From sequence record MH791413.1: a stretch of DNA of 64,000 nt. The stretch is one strand, 5' to 3'. A program made the translations under genes and the position numbers. Within the stretch, counting starts at the first letter, position 1, and the number at the start of each line of letters is the position of its first letter. The notes under the pieces are model-generated. The model was not told the origin of the DNA, ran no database searches, and worked only from the letters and a program-made list of their open reading frames with translations. The DNA is from Escherichia phage EcSzw_1. This document shows, one piece after another, positions 1 to 9,710 of the stretch.

Positions 1-931
1 TATCTTCATCAGCCATATCTGAACCAAGTAAACCAAATGTTAGAGTTGTGAATGCAAAGTCACCACGGCTGCAAGGTACAGTATTCAGCTTCATCTCCAG
101 TGACTGAAAACCTTGAGTTAGTTCAATCTGTAGCTGTTCCATTACATAATTGTAGTAATGTTCTTTTGGAATCCCATAAGAAGTTGCTTTCTCAGCATGG
201 TAGCGTAAAGACTTCTTAGCATACGGTACGAGAACCTTATCAATCTCTGGGATTGTGAAGCCACCAAATTGCTGTGCAGTTGCTGATAACACAACATCAC
301 CAATAACCTGTAAAGCTGACAGAACAGACTTAGGTTCACAGTATTCAATACCGGACATTTCAAAGCCACCTTTCAGGACTTTACCAATGTCAAATAGGCA
401 ACAGTTAATACCACCAAATACCAAATCTCTCAGGTCGTGAATGTAGATGAAACCTGCTTCAATAGCTTCAAGTTCTTCTGGTGTCAAGTGATACTGCTTA
501 AAGATTTCTTTAGTCAGGTATCCACGAATGATAGAACCTTTTGTAGAGATTAAGCTACTGTCAAAGTTAGCATTCTCACGGTCACCTAAGAAGAGGGTAT
601 CTTTGGTCTTCTGATAGAGTTCATCCCAATTCTGTGCAACCTCTTTACGATAGTTACGATAGGTTGAATAAGATTCATAAATCTCGTGATTAACTTCTGC
701 TAAAGCCCCTTCAACAATGCTGTGAATGTCATCTACAGAAATCAGCAAAGCATTCTGGTTAGAAGCCTTTACAAGAATCCGCATAAAAGCTGACTCAAGA
801 GCATGAACAACTTCTAATGGGAGTTCTTTATAGCCAACTCGGTTAGCTGACTTTGTAACTGCTGCTAGGACTTTCTTAATATCTGGTTCTTCAAGTGAGC
901 CATTCTTTTTAATAATTTGTACTTTGACCAT
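1..931 (-). CDS. nrdD: Anaerobic ribonucleoside-triphosphate reductase NrdD, N-terminal part (continues beyond window start)
   Basis: Not in ORF track (runs off edge). Hand translation from ATG 931..929 with AAGGAG SD gives MVKVQIIKKNGSLEEPDIKK...; motifs GINCCLFDIGKVLKGGF and QFGGFTIPEIDKVLVPYAKK resemble T4 NrdD. Confidence 0.75.
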   Translation of the reverse strand, partial: MVKVQIIKKNGSLEEPDIKKVLAAVTKSANRVGYKELPLEVVHALESAFMRILVKASNQNALLISVDDIHSIVEGALAEVNHEIYESYSTYRNYRKEVAQNWDELYQKTKDTLFLGDRENANFDSSLISTKGSIIRGYLTKEIFKQYHLTPEELEAIEAGFIYIHDLRDLVFGGINCCLFDIGKVLKGGFEMSGIEYCEPKSVLSALQVIGDVVLSATAQQFGGFTIPEIDKVLVPYAKKSLRYHAEKATSYGIPKEHYYNYVMEQLQIELTQGFQSLEMKLNTVPCSRGDFAFTTLTFGLLGSDMADED

Positions 932-950
932 TTGTGCTCCTTTATATACG

Positions 951-971
951 AAAAAGGTCTCCGAAGAGACC
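951..971 (-). terminator. Rho-independent terminator (UUCG tetraloop)
   Basis: Minus strand GGTCTC-TTCG-GAGACC followed by TTTTT. Confidence 0.75.
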
Positions 972-977
972 CTTATA

Positions 978-1184
978 TTAATTCTTTTTGAAAATCTTCT
1001 CAACAAACTTTTTGAGTTTGCTGCTAATGTCAAGATGGATTTCTAGAATCTCAAAGATTACCCATACTAGCATAGCACCAAACAAAGCACCTTGTTTGAT
1101 ATCAATAAACAGGTTCACAAAGAAGAAACCTAAGACAATCATCGGTGCATCAACTGTGAAACCTTCCCACAAACGCTTAAGCAT
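978..1184 (-). CDS. Small hydrophobic protein, hypothetical
   Basis: 68-aa ORF, ATG overlaps upstream stop; hydrophobic core. Confidence 0.4.
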   Translation of the reverse strand: MLKRLWEGFTVDAPMIVLGFFFVNLFIDIKQGALFGAMLVWVIFEILEIHLDISSKLKKFVEKIFKKN

Positions 1185-1419
1185 TGTTCACCTCTGCCAT
1201 AAAGTTTTGTAGTGTTCCAACCGGAGTCAGAACATTGCCATCAGTCTTCATGATGAATGGCATCTGACGAACTGGCATCTGTGCAATATCCATCAGTCCT
1301 GTCAGTTCATAGTCCTGTCCTAACATTCTTACAACGTGGTCAATACCACGAGCCTTTGCAAAGTTCTTTGCAGTTTCACACTGAGGGCAACCAGTTTTGG
1401 AGTAAATTACGTAAGTCAT
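1177..1419 (-). CDS. Glutaredoxin/thioredoxin-like redoxin
   Basis: 80 aa with CPQC active-site motif near N-terminus; sits in nrd cluster. Confidence 0.7.
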   Translation of the reverse strand: MTYVIYSKTGCPQCETAKNFAKARGIDHVVRMLGQDYELTGLMDIAQMPVRQMPFIMKTDGNVLTPVGTLQNFMAEVNNA

Positions 1420-2492
1420 TAAGGAACCTCTAAATATCCTGAGTTTAAATCATCTACAACGGTATTCAACAAGTACGCACCGTTTTGCTGTTCTTGGTTA
1501 GCATTCTGCTCTTTATCAATTTCCATCTTCTTAATCATGTATTTCAAAGGTGGTTCTTTAGGAGCTACGAAGTCTCTTGGAATACCAAACATATCATACA
1601 ATGGTGCAGCGTTATAGTAAACCCACTCATGCAGAAGTTTTGTATTCAAACCAACTACGGCACGACCTTCAGAGAAAATATAATAAGACCATTTCTCTTC
1701 ACTTTCAACCACTTCATCAAGAATTACTTTGATTTCTGGAAGAACCTGACGGAAAGCTTCTTGCCACTCTTCATCTTTCAAAGTTTCTTTCAGTGCTTCA
1801 ATGTCAATCTTCGTGTGAAGGATTTCATCAAGCATAATTTTCTGTACTGCCTGAGCAATACCTTGGAACTTATCTTGTGCATCAAGTGCAAAGGTACATG
1901 CAAAGGATGCCATAAAGGATACGCCTTCCAAGGCTGTTACTGCAAAGAGACCTTTCAAAATCACTTTGTGGAAGTGTAAAGGGTCTTTCTCAAGCAGTGA
2001 ATCACGAACATAGCCTAAGCGATAGTTGATACCTTCGTCAAGTAGTTCTTCCAGTGCTCTGTTCACAGTCTTCAGACGGTCTTGCACAGCAGCATTCTGG
2101 TTAATCTCATCAAGGATTGTTTCAGGATTCTTAATACACTGACGAACAATCTCTGAATAAGTCAAGGCATGAAGGTTCTCAATTTCAGATTGCTTCATAA
2201 TTGCCGTTGCGTAGATATCATCAGAGATGAATGGTGCAAAAGCAAATGCCAAGCTCTTAGCAACCTGTGTATCAGCTTCCCACTGCCACTTAAGAATCTC
2301 AAGCATTACACCAGACATGGATTCTGGAACACTTTCAAAGTCTAATCGTGACTGCTCAAATGGGAACTCATCTTCAGACCAGTCTTGTGCTTTCTGCTGT
2401 TTGTACAGTTCAAAGATTTTTGGATAGTGTTTGTTGAGTGAGTCAAAAGTTTTTCGCTCACCACCTAAAAAGATTGGATGTTGGTTAATCAT
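1419..2492 (-). CDS. nrdB: Ribonucleotide reductase class Ia small subunit
   Basis: 357 aa; ferritin-like ExxH motifs (MLDEILHT), EGVSFMASF segment; adjacent to nrdA. Confidence 0.8.
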   Translation of the reverse strand: MINQHPIFLGGERKTFDSLNKHYPKIFELYKQQKAQDWSEDEFPFEQSRLDFESVPESMSGVMLEILKWQWEADTQVAKSLAFAFAPFISDDIYATAIMKQSEIENLHALTYSEIVRQCIKNPETILDEINQNAAVQDRLKTVNRALEELLDEGINYRLGYVRDSLLEKDPLHFHKVILKGLFAVTALEGVSFMASFACTFALDAQDKFQGIAQAVQKIMLDEILHTKIDIEALKETLKDEEWQEAFRQVLPEIKVILDEVVESEEKWSYYIFSEGRAVVGLNTKLLHEWVYYNAAPLYDMFGIPRDFVAPKEPPLKYMIKKMEIDKEQNANQEQQNGAYLLNTVVDDLNSGYLEVP

Positions 2493-2764
2493 AATGGTAG
2501 GTTTCCTGTTTCATAAAATTCTCTGGCTTCTGATGCTGTTAAAACTTGCCAACGGTCAACTTTAAACATATCAAGAGACCTTGCATAAGTGTTGCTTGGG
2601 TTAAAGCAATCAATGTAACGAAGATGCTCTTTCCAAGAACCATCTGGCATTTTAACTTTCAAGTGATGGTCTGCAATATAATATAAAGACTCTCTTGGTA
2701 TATAATACAGATACAAAGCACAGTTTGGTTCTCTGTTTCTTGCATCTTGAATGAGTTCTAACAT
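2489..2764 (-). CDS. Hypothetical protein
   Basis: 91-aa ORF, ATGA overlap with nrdB. Confidence 0.45.
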   Translation of the reverse strand: MLELIQDARNREPNCALYLYYIPRESLYYIADHHLKVKMPDGSWKEHLRYIDCFNPSNTYARSLDMFKVDRWQVLTASEAREFYETGNLPL

Positions 2765-2772
2765 GGTTTCTC

Positions 2773-2793
2773 CAAAAGGGGCTTTGCAGCCCC
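2773..2793 (-). terminator. Rho-independent terminator after nrdA
   Basis: Minus strand GGGGCT-GCAA-AGCCCC followed by TTTT. Confidence 0.7.
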
Positions 2794-2801
2794 CTGTTTA
2801 G

Positions 2802-5036
2802 TTAAACTCCACAACCTTCACAGTAAGCATCTTGAAGTGCTGACTTACCAACACCAATACGACTGTTAAGGTAGTACATAGTTTTCATACCAACTGAGTT
2901 AGCATAAATCATGTACTTCAAAGCTTGCTCTAATGATACCTTTTTCGATTTTGAATAGTCAACATAGAAATCTGAAGAGATAGCTTGACCAGTGAATTTT
3001 TGAACAATTGCATAGCAATCAATCATGTCAAAGGTGTCAATATCCCAAGCAATTTCATAGACATACTTCAATTCTTCGTAATCTGGAACGATGAACAGGA
3101 CGTTACCAGTAGCTGACTTCTTGGTTAAGATGAAGTCACGAATTGGGTACAATCCGTTTGTCGTATTAGTTGCCAGTGAAGAACTCTCGTTAGGCATGTA
3201 AGCCTCAAGTACAGAGTTTCTAATACCACTGTTTGCTTTAATACGGTCTGCTAAGTCATCCCAATCATAACGAAGTTTTGCATCGTGTTTTGTATCAATC
3301 TTCCTGTTAGCTGTCTTCGGAGGAACCCAACCTTCAGGATACTTGGTGAACTTCATATATTCAGGTACACCACGTTCTTTTGCAAGTCTTAATGAAGCCT
3401 CATGCAGATAGTAAGAGTGCATCTCTGCGAGTTCATGTAGCTTCGTTTTACCTGCTCTTGAAGAGTAGTTCACGTAGTTCTTCGCAAGGTAATGAGCCAC
3501 ATTCGTAAGACCAATCCCAACAGAACGACGTTTCTGAACGTGGTTACGCATTGACGGATACGGATAGTCCATAAGGTCAATAACGGAGTCAACCATTGCA
3601 AGAGCATAATAAGCAACGTCAGCGTATTCATCTTCTGTGATTCTCCCTGCTACCAGACTAGCCAAGAAGCAAAGAGCAACTTCACCATCTTCTTTAGGTG
3701 CTGTGTAACTGTAAAGGTCACGTTCATCTTCGAATCCGTGAACTGGCAATACAATTTCCATACACAAGTTAGACATTTTCAAAGGTTCTTTAAACGGCGT
3801 GTGAGTGTTAGCATTGTTCGTAAAGAACGGGTACACACGGCCTGTAGCATAACGTTGCTGGATGAACAGCTTGGCAACTTCACGAGCCTTAACACGTTTA
3901 TGCTTAACACCTGAATGAACTGCGTGACCAACTGCCATAGCAAACTCATCAGCAGATGCTGTGTAGAACATGTCATAAAGTTTTGGAGCGTCCTTGTAAG
4001 AGAACAGCAACCAATCTGTATCGTACTGCACACACTGCCAGAAATAGTCATTTGCACCAAATGAATAATCCATCTCATTAATACGCTTAGAAGGAACCGT
4101 TGTAGGGTGCTTCAAACGCAGTAAATCTTCAATCTGCGGGTCTATGGCAGTGTAGAAGTTGTTAGCTGAACCACCACGACTCTTCTGCTTATTGGCCTCT
4201 ACAGCAGCACGTACAAGCTTGTAATAAGGTAGTTTACCCATGTGTTCAATGGTGTTTTGACGAATACCATCACCAATTGTACGGGTCTCCATCAGCATAC
4301 CAATGCCAGCTTGCTTCGTGGTCATATCATAAGCTACCTTAGTAGCAATGCCAAGAGACTCAGCAGTATCATTAGCTTTGATTAAGCAGCATGACGCATA
4401 ACCTGACTTAGTAGCACGTAAACCATTCAGATAAGGCGTAGGAGCGTTAATCTTCAGGTCAGACAGGTAAGTGTACAGTTTGATAACATCTTCCAGTCTA
4501 CGGTGCTTAGGTTGTCTCTCAAAGGCTTTCATAGCCATACCCATAAACATAAATTGTGGAGACTCAAACAGACGACCTGACTTGATATCTCGGATACCGT
4601 ATTTGTCACGGAACTGTTTCAGTACTGCATAACCGTAAGAGATATCTTTTGAGTGAACAATGTGACCTTGTAAATAGTCAATCTCTTGTTCAGTGTAATC
4701 CATGTGTTCCCACAAACCCATCTGCTCCATTTTCATAACGAAGTTAAACAGTTGAGGAACTTTTGTGAAACCACCAAAGGCTTCTTTGTAGATGATGCCA
4801 AGAAGTAATCGACCAGCCATATCAGAGTATTCTTGAGTCTGCTTATCAATACAAACGTCAATCATAGCTTGGTGCATCTCTTTGGTAGAGCAACCTTCAT
4901 AGACACGCTTCATAGCTTCCATAGTTACTTCTGACCAAATGATTCCTCGTTTGTCAGCCCATGAAGCCCATTTGTTTAAACGTTCTGGTTCGAATGGTAC
5001 GATTGTACCGTCAGATTTGCGAATGGTCTTAATCAT
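2802..5036 (-). CDS. nrdA: Ribonucleotide reductase class Ia large subunit
   Basis: 744 aa; N-terminal ATP-cone (IRKSDGTIVPFEPERL), size and C-terminal Cys pair typical of NrdA. Confidence 0.85.
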   Translation of the reverse strand: MIKTIRKSDGTIVPFEPERLNKWASWADKRGIIWSEVTMEAMKRVYEGCSTKEMHQAMIDVCIDKQTQEYSDMAGRLLLGIIYKEAFGGFTKVPQLFNFVMKMEQMGLWEHMDYTEQEIDYLQGHIVHSKDISYGYAVLKQFRDKYGIRDIKSGRLFESPQFMFMGMAMKAFERQPKHRRLEDVIKLYTYLSDLKINAPTPYLNGLRATKSGYASCCLIKANDTAESLGIATKVAYDMTTKQAGIGMLMETRTIGDGIRQNTIEHMGKLPYYKLVRAAVEANKQKSRGGSANNFYTAIDPQIEDLLRLKHPTTVPSKRINEMDYSFGANDYFWQCVQYDTDWLLFSYKDAPKLYDMFYTASADEFAMAVGHAVHSGVKHKRVKAREVAKLFIQQRYATGRVYPFFTNNANTHTPFKEPLKMSNLCMEIVLPVHGFEDERDLYSYTAPKEDGEVALCFLASLVAGRITEDEYADVAYYALAMVDSVIDLMDYPYPSMRNHVQKRRSVGIGLTNVAHYLAKNYVNYSSRAGKTKLHELAEMHSYYLHEASLRLAKERGVPEYMKFTKYPEGWVPPKTANRKIDTKHDAKLRYDWDDLADRIKANSGIRNSVLEAYMPNESSSLATNTTNGLYPIRDFILTKKSATGNVLFIVPDYEELKYVYEIAWDIDTFDMIDCYAIVQKFTGQAISSDFYVDYSKSKKVSLEQALKYMIYANSVGMKTMYYLNSRIGVGKSALQDAYCEGCGV

Positions 5037-5057
5037 TATTTTAGAGTCCTACAGGTG

Positions 5058-5080
5058 AAAAAGGGTCTCCGAAGAGACCC
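5058..5080 (-). terminator. Rho-independent terminator (same stem-loop as at 951-971)
   Basis: Minus strand GGGTCTC-TTCG-GAGACCC followed by TTTTT. Confidence 0.75.
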
Positions 5081-5088
5081 CTTAGAGA

Positions 5089-5424
5089 TTAAATGCTAAA
5101 GATTTGTTTATTTTGCCAAAGTTCATAGAACTTGTTAGAAACCTTAGTCAGTGAAGCTTTTGACATTGCGTTGCAGTACCACCAACGTTTAGTTTCATCA
5201 AACAGTTTTTCAAGGTCTTCGTGCAGGTTGTCTTCCATTCGTGAAATAACAAAGTTACCACGCTTCTTACCAGTAACACGACCAAACTTGATATCACTTC
5301 GTCCTTTACAATCTTCTGTGTACATCACTATGTCACCGAACCGTAAAGGTTTGCCAAACTTATCTACTCCAAGTTCAACGCCAGCTTTTACATCTTCAAT
5401 TGTAAGCTTGTTTGCTTTAGACAT
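5089..5424 (-). CDS. Hypothetical protein
   Basis: 111-aa ORF with ATG start. Confidence 0.5.
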   Translation of the reverse strand: MSKANKLTIEDVKAGVELGVDKFGKPLRFGDIVMYTEDCKGRSDIKFGRVTGKKRGNFVISRMEDNLHEDLEKLFDETKRWWYCNAMSKASLTKVSNKFYELWQNKQIFSI

Positions 5425-5740
5425 GATATTTATCCAAGTTTCGTTTCAGGTAAAGCCACCCATCATCAGTGCGTTCAACACCCATGAACAGTGGAGCCGT
5501 TACAACCTTTCCAAACGTATTACGATGCTGACAAATCTCATAAGAATACGTTTTCTCAATGTCCAGGCCATATTTGAAAAGAACTGCTTTCAAGACCTGT
5601 TCATTATCCAGTAAAGTTTCTGGTGTCTCTCCATATTTTGCTAACAGTGAATCACTCATAAACACTGTCATAGAGAGATTATAGTTTGAGAAATGGCTCT
5701 TTGGAGCCACCTCTTCAGTATTAATGTTCTGTGAATCCAT
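5417..5740 (-). CDS. Hypothetical protein
   Basis: ORF-track start at 5749 is TTG; first ATG at 5740. Confidence 0.45.
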   Translation of the reverse strand: MDSQNINTEEVAPKSHFSNYNLSMTVFMSDSLLAKYGETPETLLDNEQVLKAVLFKYGLDIEKTYSYEICQHRNTFGKVVTAPLFMGVERTDDGWLYLKRNLDKYHV

Positions 5741-6476
5741 TATAACCAACCCCTTTTAACCAATTCTTCAGGTTATTTGCATCATAGTTCAGTTTCGGGT
5801 ATGAGGTCACATGGAACTTCTCACCGTCATAGTAAACAATATCTGCAAGCCATAATCCGTTTTCTCGGCAGAAGTCTTTGTCTGCTTTTGAACTGATTGG
5901 TCGAACTTCTGTGAAGTCACTCAATCCAAGGTCTTTCAAACTTCCTACAAGACCTTTACAGATAACGCATGTGTCAGATGTTACCACGAATAATTCTTTG
6001 CTTTCAAGTTCCGCAATGAACTCTGCAAGCTGTACTTTAGGAAGATTAGACTGCTTCATAACCTTCTTATCAGACTCACGGATAATGGCGTACCATTCTT
6101 TTCCATCAATCATTGAGGCACGTACATGACATTCATCACCAGTATACTTCTCGATATCTGCAAGACGCTTCAAAGCTTCTTCGTAGTTATCGGTATACTT
6201 CAGGTTGTTATTCTCACAGACTGCTTTCATAGCTCCGTCATGGTCATGCTGTGAAAGGTAAATCAGTCCATCAAGAACATACTGTAAATCCGCCTGAGCA
6301 TCAAGAGCCTCAATAGGGTCTTTTTCATCAACAGCTTTTAAAAGCTCTTTGGCCTCTTCTAACATACAAAGTGCTTGGCTACGCATTGAAGACCAGTACT
6401 CAGGTGTATAAGGAGTCAACGGGGTTTTACCACAACGCTGATTCCAAGTTAAAACGGATTCTCTGGAATTAAACAT
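5721..6476 (-). CDS. Hypothetical protein, possible MazG-like NTP pyrophosphatase with C-terminal CxxC domain
   Basis: 251 aa; helical acidic N-terminus (EEAKELLKAVDE...), VVTSDTCVICKG motif; assignment tentative. Confidence 0.4.
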   Translation of the reverse strand: MFNSRESVLTWNQRCGKTPLTPYTPEYWSSMRSQALCMLEEAKELLKAVDEKDPIEALDAQADLQYVLDGLIYLSQHDHDGAMKAVCENNNLKYTDNYEEALKRLADIEKYTGDECHVRASMIDGKEWYAIIRESDKKVMKQSNLPKVQLAEFIAELESKELFVVTSDTCVICKGLVGSLKDLGLSDFTEVRPISSKADKDFCRENGLWLADIVYYDGEKFHVTSYPKLNYDANNLKNWLKGVGYNGFTEH

Positions 6477-6703
6477 TAAACCTCCTGAAACAGTTTCTGC
6501 TGAGACTCAATATAATCCAGTCGGCCTTTCAGTTCAACACGTTTGTTAATCAGGTGCTGAATCTGGGACTCAAGAGCCTCCATTTCGGACTCCGTAGCTT
6601 CTTTAGCTTTGACAATTGCATCTTTCAGTGCTGCAATGTGACTGTCAATCTTAGCTACGTGGTCATTATTAATTTTGTTAAATATCATCTTATTCTCTCT
6701 CAT
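6476..6703 (-). CDS. Small coiled-coil protein, hypothetical
   Basis: 75-aa ORF. Confidence 0.4.
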   Translation of the reverse strand: MRENKMIFNKINNDHVAKIDSHIAALKDAIVKAKEATESEMEALESQIQHLINKRVELKGRLDYIESQQKLFQEV

Positions 6704-7190
6704 TAAGTTTCATGATTTTATGGATTCTCTTCTCAGCATCTTCATAAGTCTCTTTAGTCAGAAACTTGATTGCTGCAATGTTTGCATTGTAGAAGAGTCG
6801 AAGCTTGGAGTCAATCCTTTTTGTCATGACGTCAAACTTATGTTGAAGGTTAGCTTCTCCGTAGACCAACCCACCTCGCGTATAATAAGTTTGCACAATA
6901 TAGAAGTCAAACTCTTTTTCACCGAAAGTTTCAATATCTTTCTTAATGTACTCAGAAGAGGTCTGGTAAACCTTCCAGTCACTCTCTTTTGTCACAATCT
7001 TACGTCTGGTCTTTCCAGCTACTTTCTTCTTGGTGACATTGTTAAACTGCTTCTTACCCAAATAGTACTGTCCAGTCTTTTTGCAGTACACTAAGTAGAC
7101 AAACCCAAAGTATTTAGTTGGGTCAATTTCTCCACAAAGTGAAATCCAATGTCCATATTCAGGGCAATTACCAAAACCTTTAATCTTCAT
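6690..7190 (-). CDS. GIY-YIG family endonuclease (homing-endonuclease-like)
   Basis: 166 aa; N-terminal YFGFVYLVY...YYLGKK matches GIY-YIG pattern. Confidence 0.6.
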   Translation of the reverse strand: MKIKGFGNCPEYGHWISLCGEIDPTKYFGFVYLVYCKKTGQYYLGKKQFNNVTKKKVAGKTRRKIVTKESDWKVYQTSSEYIKKDIETFGEKEFDFYIVQTYYTRGGLVYGEANLQHKFDVMTKRIDSKLRLFYNANIAAIKFLTKETYEDAEKRIHKIMKLNERE

Positions 7191-7687
7191 TCATAAGTTT
7201 CTCCATGATTTGTGAACTCTCTATGAAGTTCTTCTCTTTTCTTTCTGACTGCTTCTGCTGCATCAGTAATATTTTCAAAGACCCCTAAATGATAGCACAC
7301 CTTTAGGTGTTTGACTTGAGCAACCCACTTTCCAGTATGCTTGTGGAAATAGACACCCTTAATCCCAGATTTATTATCTTTCCTTTTTGCAGCATTACAA
7401 TTATTTTGTGACCTGCTGCAAGCCCTGAGATTGCCAAACCAGTTTTCATCCCTTACACCATTACGATGGTCAACATATTTAGGGATGTAACCAAGCATAT
7501 ACAAGAAAGCAAGCCTGTGTGCTGCATAACACTTACTAAATAACTTTATGTACACATATCCAGAGTGGTGTTTTACCCCAGCTACAGAGCCAGCCTTTAC
7601 TTTGCTTGACCTATCCACAATCCAAGTAAAGACCCCTGTTTCGGGGTCATAGTTTAGATATTCTTTAAGAGTTTGCTGAGTCAACAT
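7187..7687 (-). CDS. HNH endonuclease with AP2-like DNA-binding domain
   Basis: VDHRNGVRDENWFGNLRACSRSQNNCN HNH core; C-terminal GIKGVYFHKHTGKWVAQV AP2-like; ORF-track start is TTG, ATG at 7687. Confidence 0.65.
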   Translation of the reverse strand: MLTQQTLKEYLNYDPETGVFTWIVDRSSKVKAGSVAGVKHHSGYVYIKLFSKCYAAHRLAFLYMLGYIPKYVDHRNGVRDENWFGNLRACSRSQNNCNAAKRKDNKSGIKGVYFHKHTGKWVAQVKHLKVCYHLGVFENITDAAEAVRKKREELHREFTNHGETYE

Positions 7688-8711
7688 TTGGAGTCCACCC
7701 ATACTTCTCAAACGTAAAGTCGTCTTTCTTATTTCTTTCTTGATAAGCTAAGAAGAAATGCTGCTTCATCAACTCTAAAGGTGTTCTGGTGATTGTTTGA
7801 CCATCCCATGATACATATGTATATGAATCTTTCTTAGCATACAACTCGTATATTGCATCAAGACACTCTTTGTATGTTGTCTTACCCTCTAAGGCTTTCA
7901 TGACAGCAACTTTGCCAACACCCTTTAGTCCAAAGTAGTTGTCTGCTACATCACCTGCTACAGCTTGATAGCAGAGAAATTTAAAACCTACTCCAACAGT
8001 CTTTTTAGCTTTCGGCTTAGACTTGATAGGGCAATCCCAAATATCACCTACGTTACCGTCTGCAATGAAAATCAGAGGGGCTTTCTCGTAAGTCATATCA
8101 ATACAGTAAGTTCCTTCCGCTTGGCGAAGGTCTTTATCAATGCTCATAAGAGCAGCCTTCTTACCCATCTTCTCAGCTTTTGCAATAACGATTGAGTCAG
8201 CTTCAAACCCATTAAGTAAGAGCTTAAACTCAGGTCGTGACAGAAGATACTCACGACAAGCAACTAAATGTGTAGGGGTTACTGATTCTTTACGGTTACC
8301 TTGATACTGGTGTTCAAGACCTTTAATGTCTTTGTGTTTGTGTACACCTTTCTCTGTGAGGTATCCCATCCAAGTTCGTTCTTTACCAACAACCTTCAAC
8401 CATTCCTGAAGAACTTGTTGAGTTGCCATAATAGCTTCTTTTTCACTCTTGGCTTCTTTCCAAGATTGTCTTTCCCATTCATCTTCATCGAATGCAAGGC
8501 CAAGTTCCTCTGTCAGAACTCTCTGGTCAGATAACCATTGATTAGCATCTTTAGCACTCTCAAAAGCATCAGACTCTTCAGCAGTGAGTTTATTCACATA
8601 CTTGTACTTTGCTTTCTCAACGACACAGGCTCCCTTGTAAGCGATACTGTCAGAGTCAATAAAGACATGTGTCACAGTATCTGGGAGTTTTGTTAATGTG
8701 TACTTTTCCAT
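7665..8711 (-). CDS. RNase H / 5'-3' flap exonuclease
   Basis: Acidic PIN-like region (SIDKDL) and H3TH-like GLKGVGKVAVMKAL; ATG at 8711 with GGAG SD (ORF-track TTG at 8723). Confidence 0.7.
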   Translation of the reverse strand: MEKYTLTKLPDTVTHVFIDSDSIAYKGACVVEKAKYKYVNKLTAEESDAFESAKDANQWLSDQRVLTEELGLAFDEDEWERQSWKEAKSEKEAIMATQQVLQEWLKVVGKERTWMGYLTEKGVHKHKDIKGLEHQYQGNRKESVTPTHLVACREYLLSRPEFKLLLNGFEADSIVIAKAEKMGKKAALMSIDKDLRQAEGTYCIDMTYEKAPLIFIADGNVGDIWDCPIKSKPKAKKTVGVGFKFLCYQAVAGDVADNYFGLKGVGKVAVMKALEGKTTYKECLDAIYELYAKKDSYTYVSWDGQTITRTPLELMKQHFFLAYQERNKKDDFTFEKYGWTPNVDSANS

Positions 8712-8725
8712 TTGTATCTCCAATA

Positions 8726-8754
8726 CGAAAAAGCCCCATACTAAGTACAGGGCT
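8726..8754 (-). terminator. Putative terminator after SSB gene
   Basis: AGCCC/GGGCT stem with 13-nt loop, then TTTTTCG. Confidence 0.45.
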
Positions 8755-8773
8755 TTGTAGTAACTACTGAGAA

Positions 8774-9625
8774 TTAATCTTCAGTATCGAAATCTTCTTC
8801 GTCGTCGTCATCTGGGTCTGGCATATCATCGTCGTCATCGTCAGAGTTTGTATCTTCAGAATCCTTCGCATCTTCTTCGGTGATTTCACCGTTATCTTCA
8901 ACGCCATCCAGACCAAGCAGAGCCAGTTCATCTTCATCAAGTTCAGGCTCACCGTTACCACCTGTACCACCAGTGTACGGAACCAGAGTATCAATGATAA
9001 ACTGTTCCTGAATCGGCTTAGTCAGAACGTTGCTTTCAAAAGTGTAGAAGTGAGTTGCAAGAATCACACTACCAAATGAACCGTTACCGACTGCGATATC
9101 TGGGTGAATAACATCATAAGTTTTGTCGTCATCGTGTTTGTCAGAATGTTGAGCCTTGATTTTCTTCATCGGCTGTTTAACTGCAACACGCTTACCGTTA
9201 ACTTCTTCAATCAGCATAACAGGGAATGACTGTTTCGCTGTCCAGACTGCACCATCTTTATAAGCAGCAGCACGACTTACTTTCAGAATGTGATAAGTGT
9301 CTGCTTCGAATGGTGGTTTGCAACCAAACTTCTCTTCGAAGTCATCTGCATCAACTGCTTCAGTTGTAACCTTATCCCAACCGTCAGGATTCTTTTTAGA
9401 CTTGGTGAACTCTTTGAAGAGTTTGTTACCGTCTTTTGCCAGAATCGAAACGCTGTAGTTGCAGTCCTTGCCTGGGAATTTCTTATCAACTGACTTACCT
9501 TTTCCCGGACGTGGGATAGTATTCAGGTAGTAGAACCAAACATCTTTCAGCAAATAACGCAGAGTCTGACGTTCAGTACCGTTGTATTTTTCTACCGGAG
9601 ATTTCATTTTAACAACTTTAGACAT
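8774..9625 (-). CDS. Single-stranded DNA-binding protein (acidic C-terminal tail)
   Basis: C-terminus DDDDDDMPDPDDDDEEDFDTED; start moved to internal ATG 9625 with AAAGAGGA SD. Confidence 0.6.
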   Translation of the reverse strand: MSKVVKMKSPVEKYNGTERQTLRYLLKDVWFYYLNTIPRPGKGKSVDKKFPGKDCNYSVSILAKDGNKLFKEFTKSKKNPDGWDKVTTEAVDADDFEEKFGCKPPFEADTYHILKVSRAAAYKDGAVWTAKQSFPVMLIEEVNGKRVAVKQPMKKIKAQHSDKHDDDKTYDVIHPDIAVGNGSFGSVILATHFYTFESNVLTKPIQEQFIIDTLVPYTGGTGGNGEPELDEDELALLGLDGVEDNGEITEEDAKDSEDTNSDDDDDDMPDPDDDDEEDFDTED

Positions 9626-9710
9626 TCTTAAATCCTCTTTCTCAAAATTATTTCTTTCAAACTTGAAGGAGTACAATCTTACAGACTTCATACTCCCTTG
9701 TCAAACACTT

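Noticed and set aside
1485-1979. 164-aa plus-strand ORF inside nrdB
   Set aside because: Antisense to a conserved gene; low-complexity Phe/Leu/Asn-rich translation.
3779-4078. 99-aa ORF antisense within nrdA
   Set aside because: Lies entirely inside a well-supported gene on the same strand in another frame; no SD; composition typical of an out-of-frame read.
8764-8994. 76-aa ORF overlapping the 3' end of the SSB gene
   Set aside because: Alternate frame of the acidic Asp/Glu-rich SSB tail; low-complexity translation.
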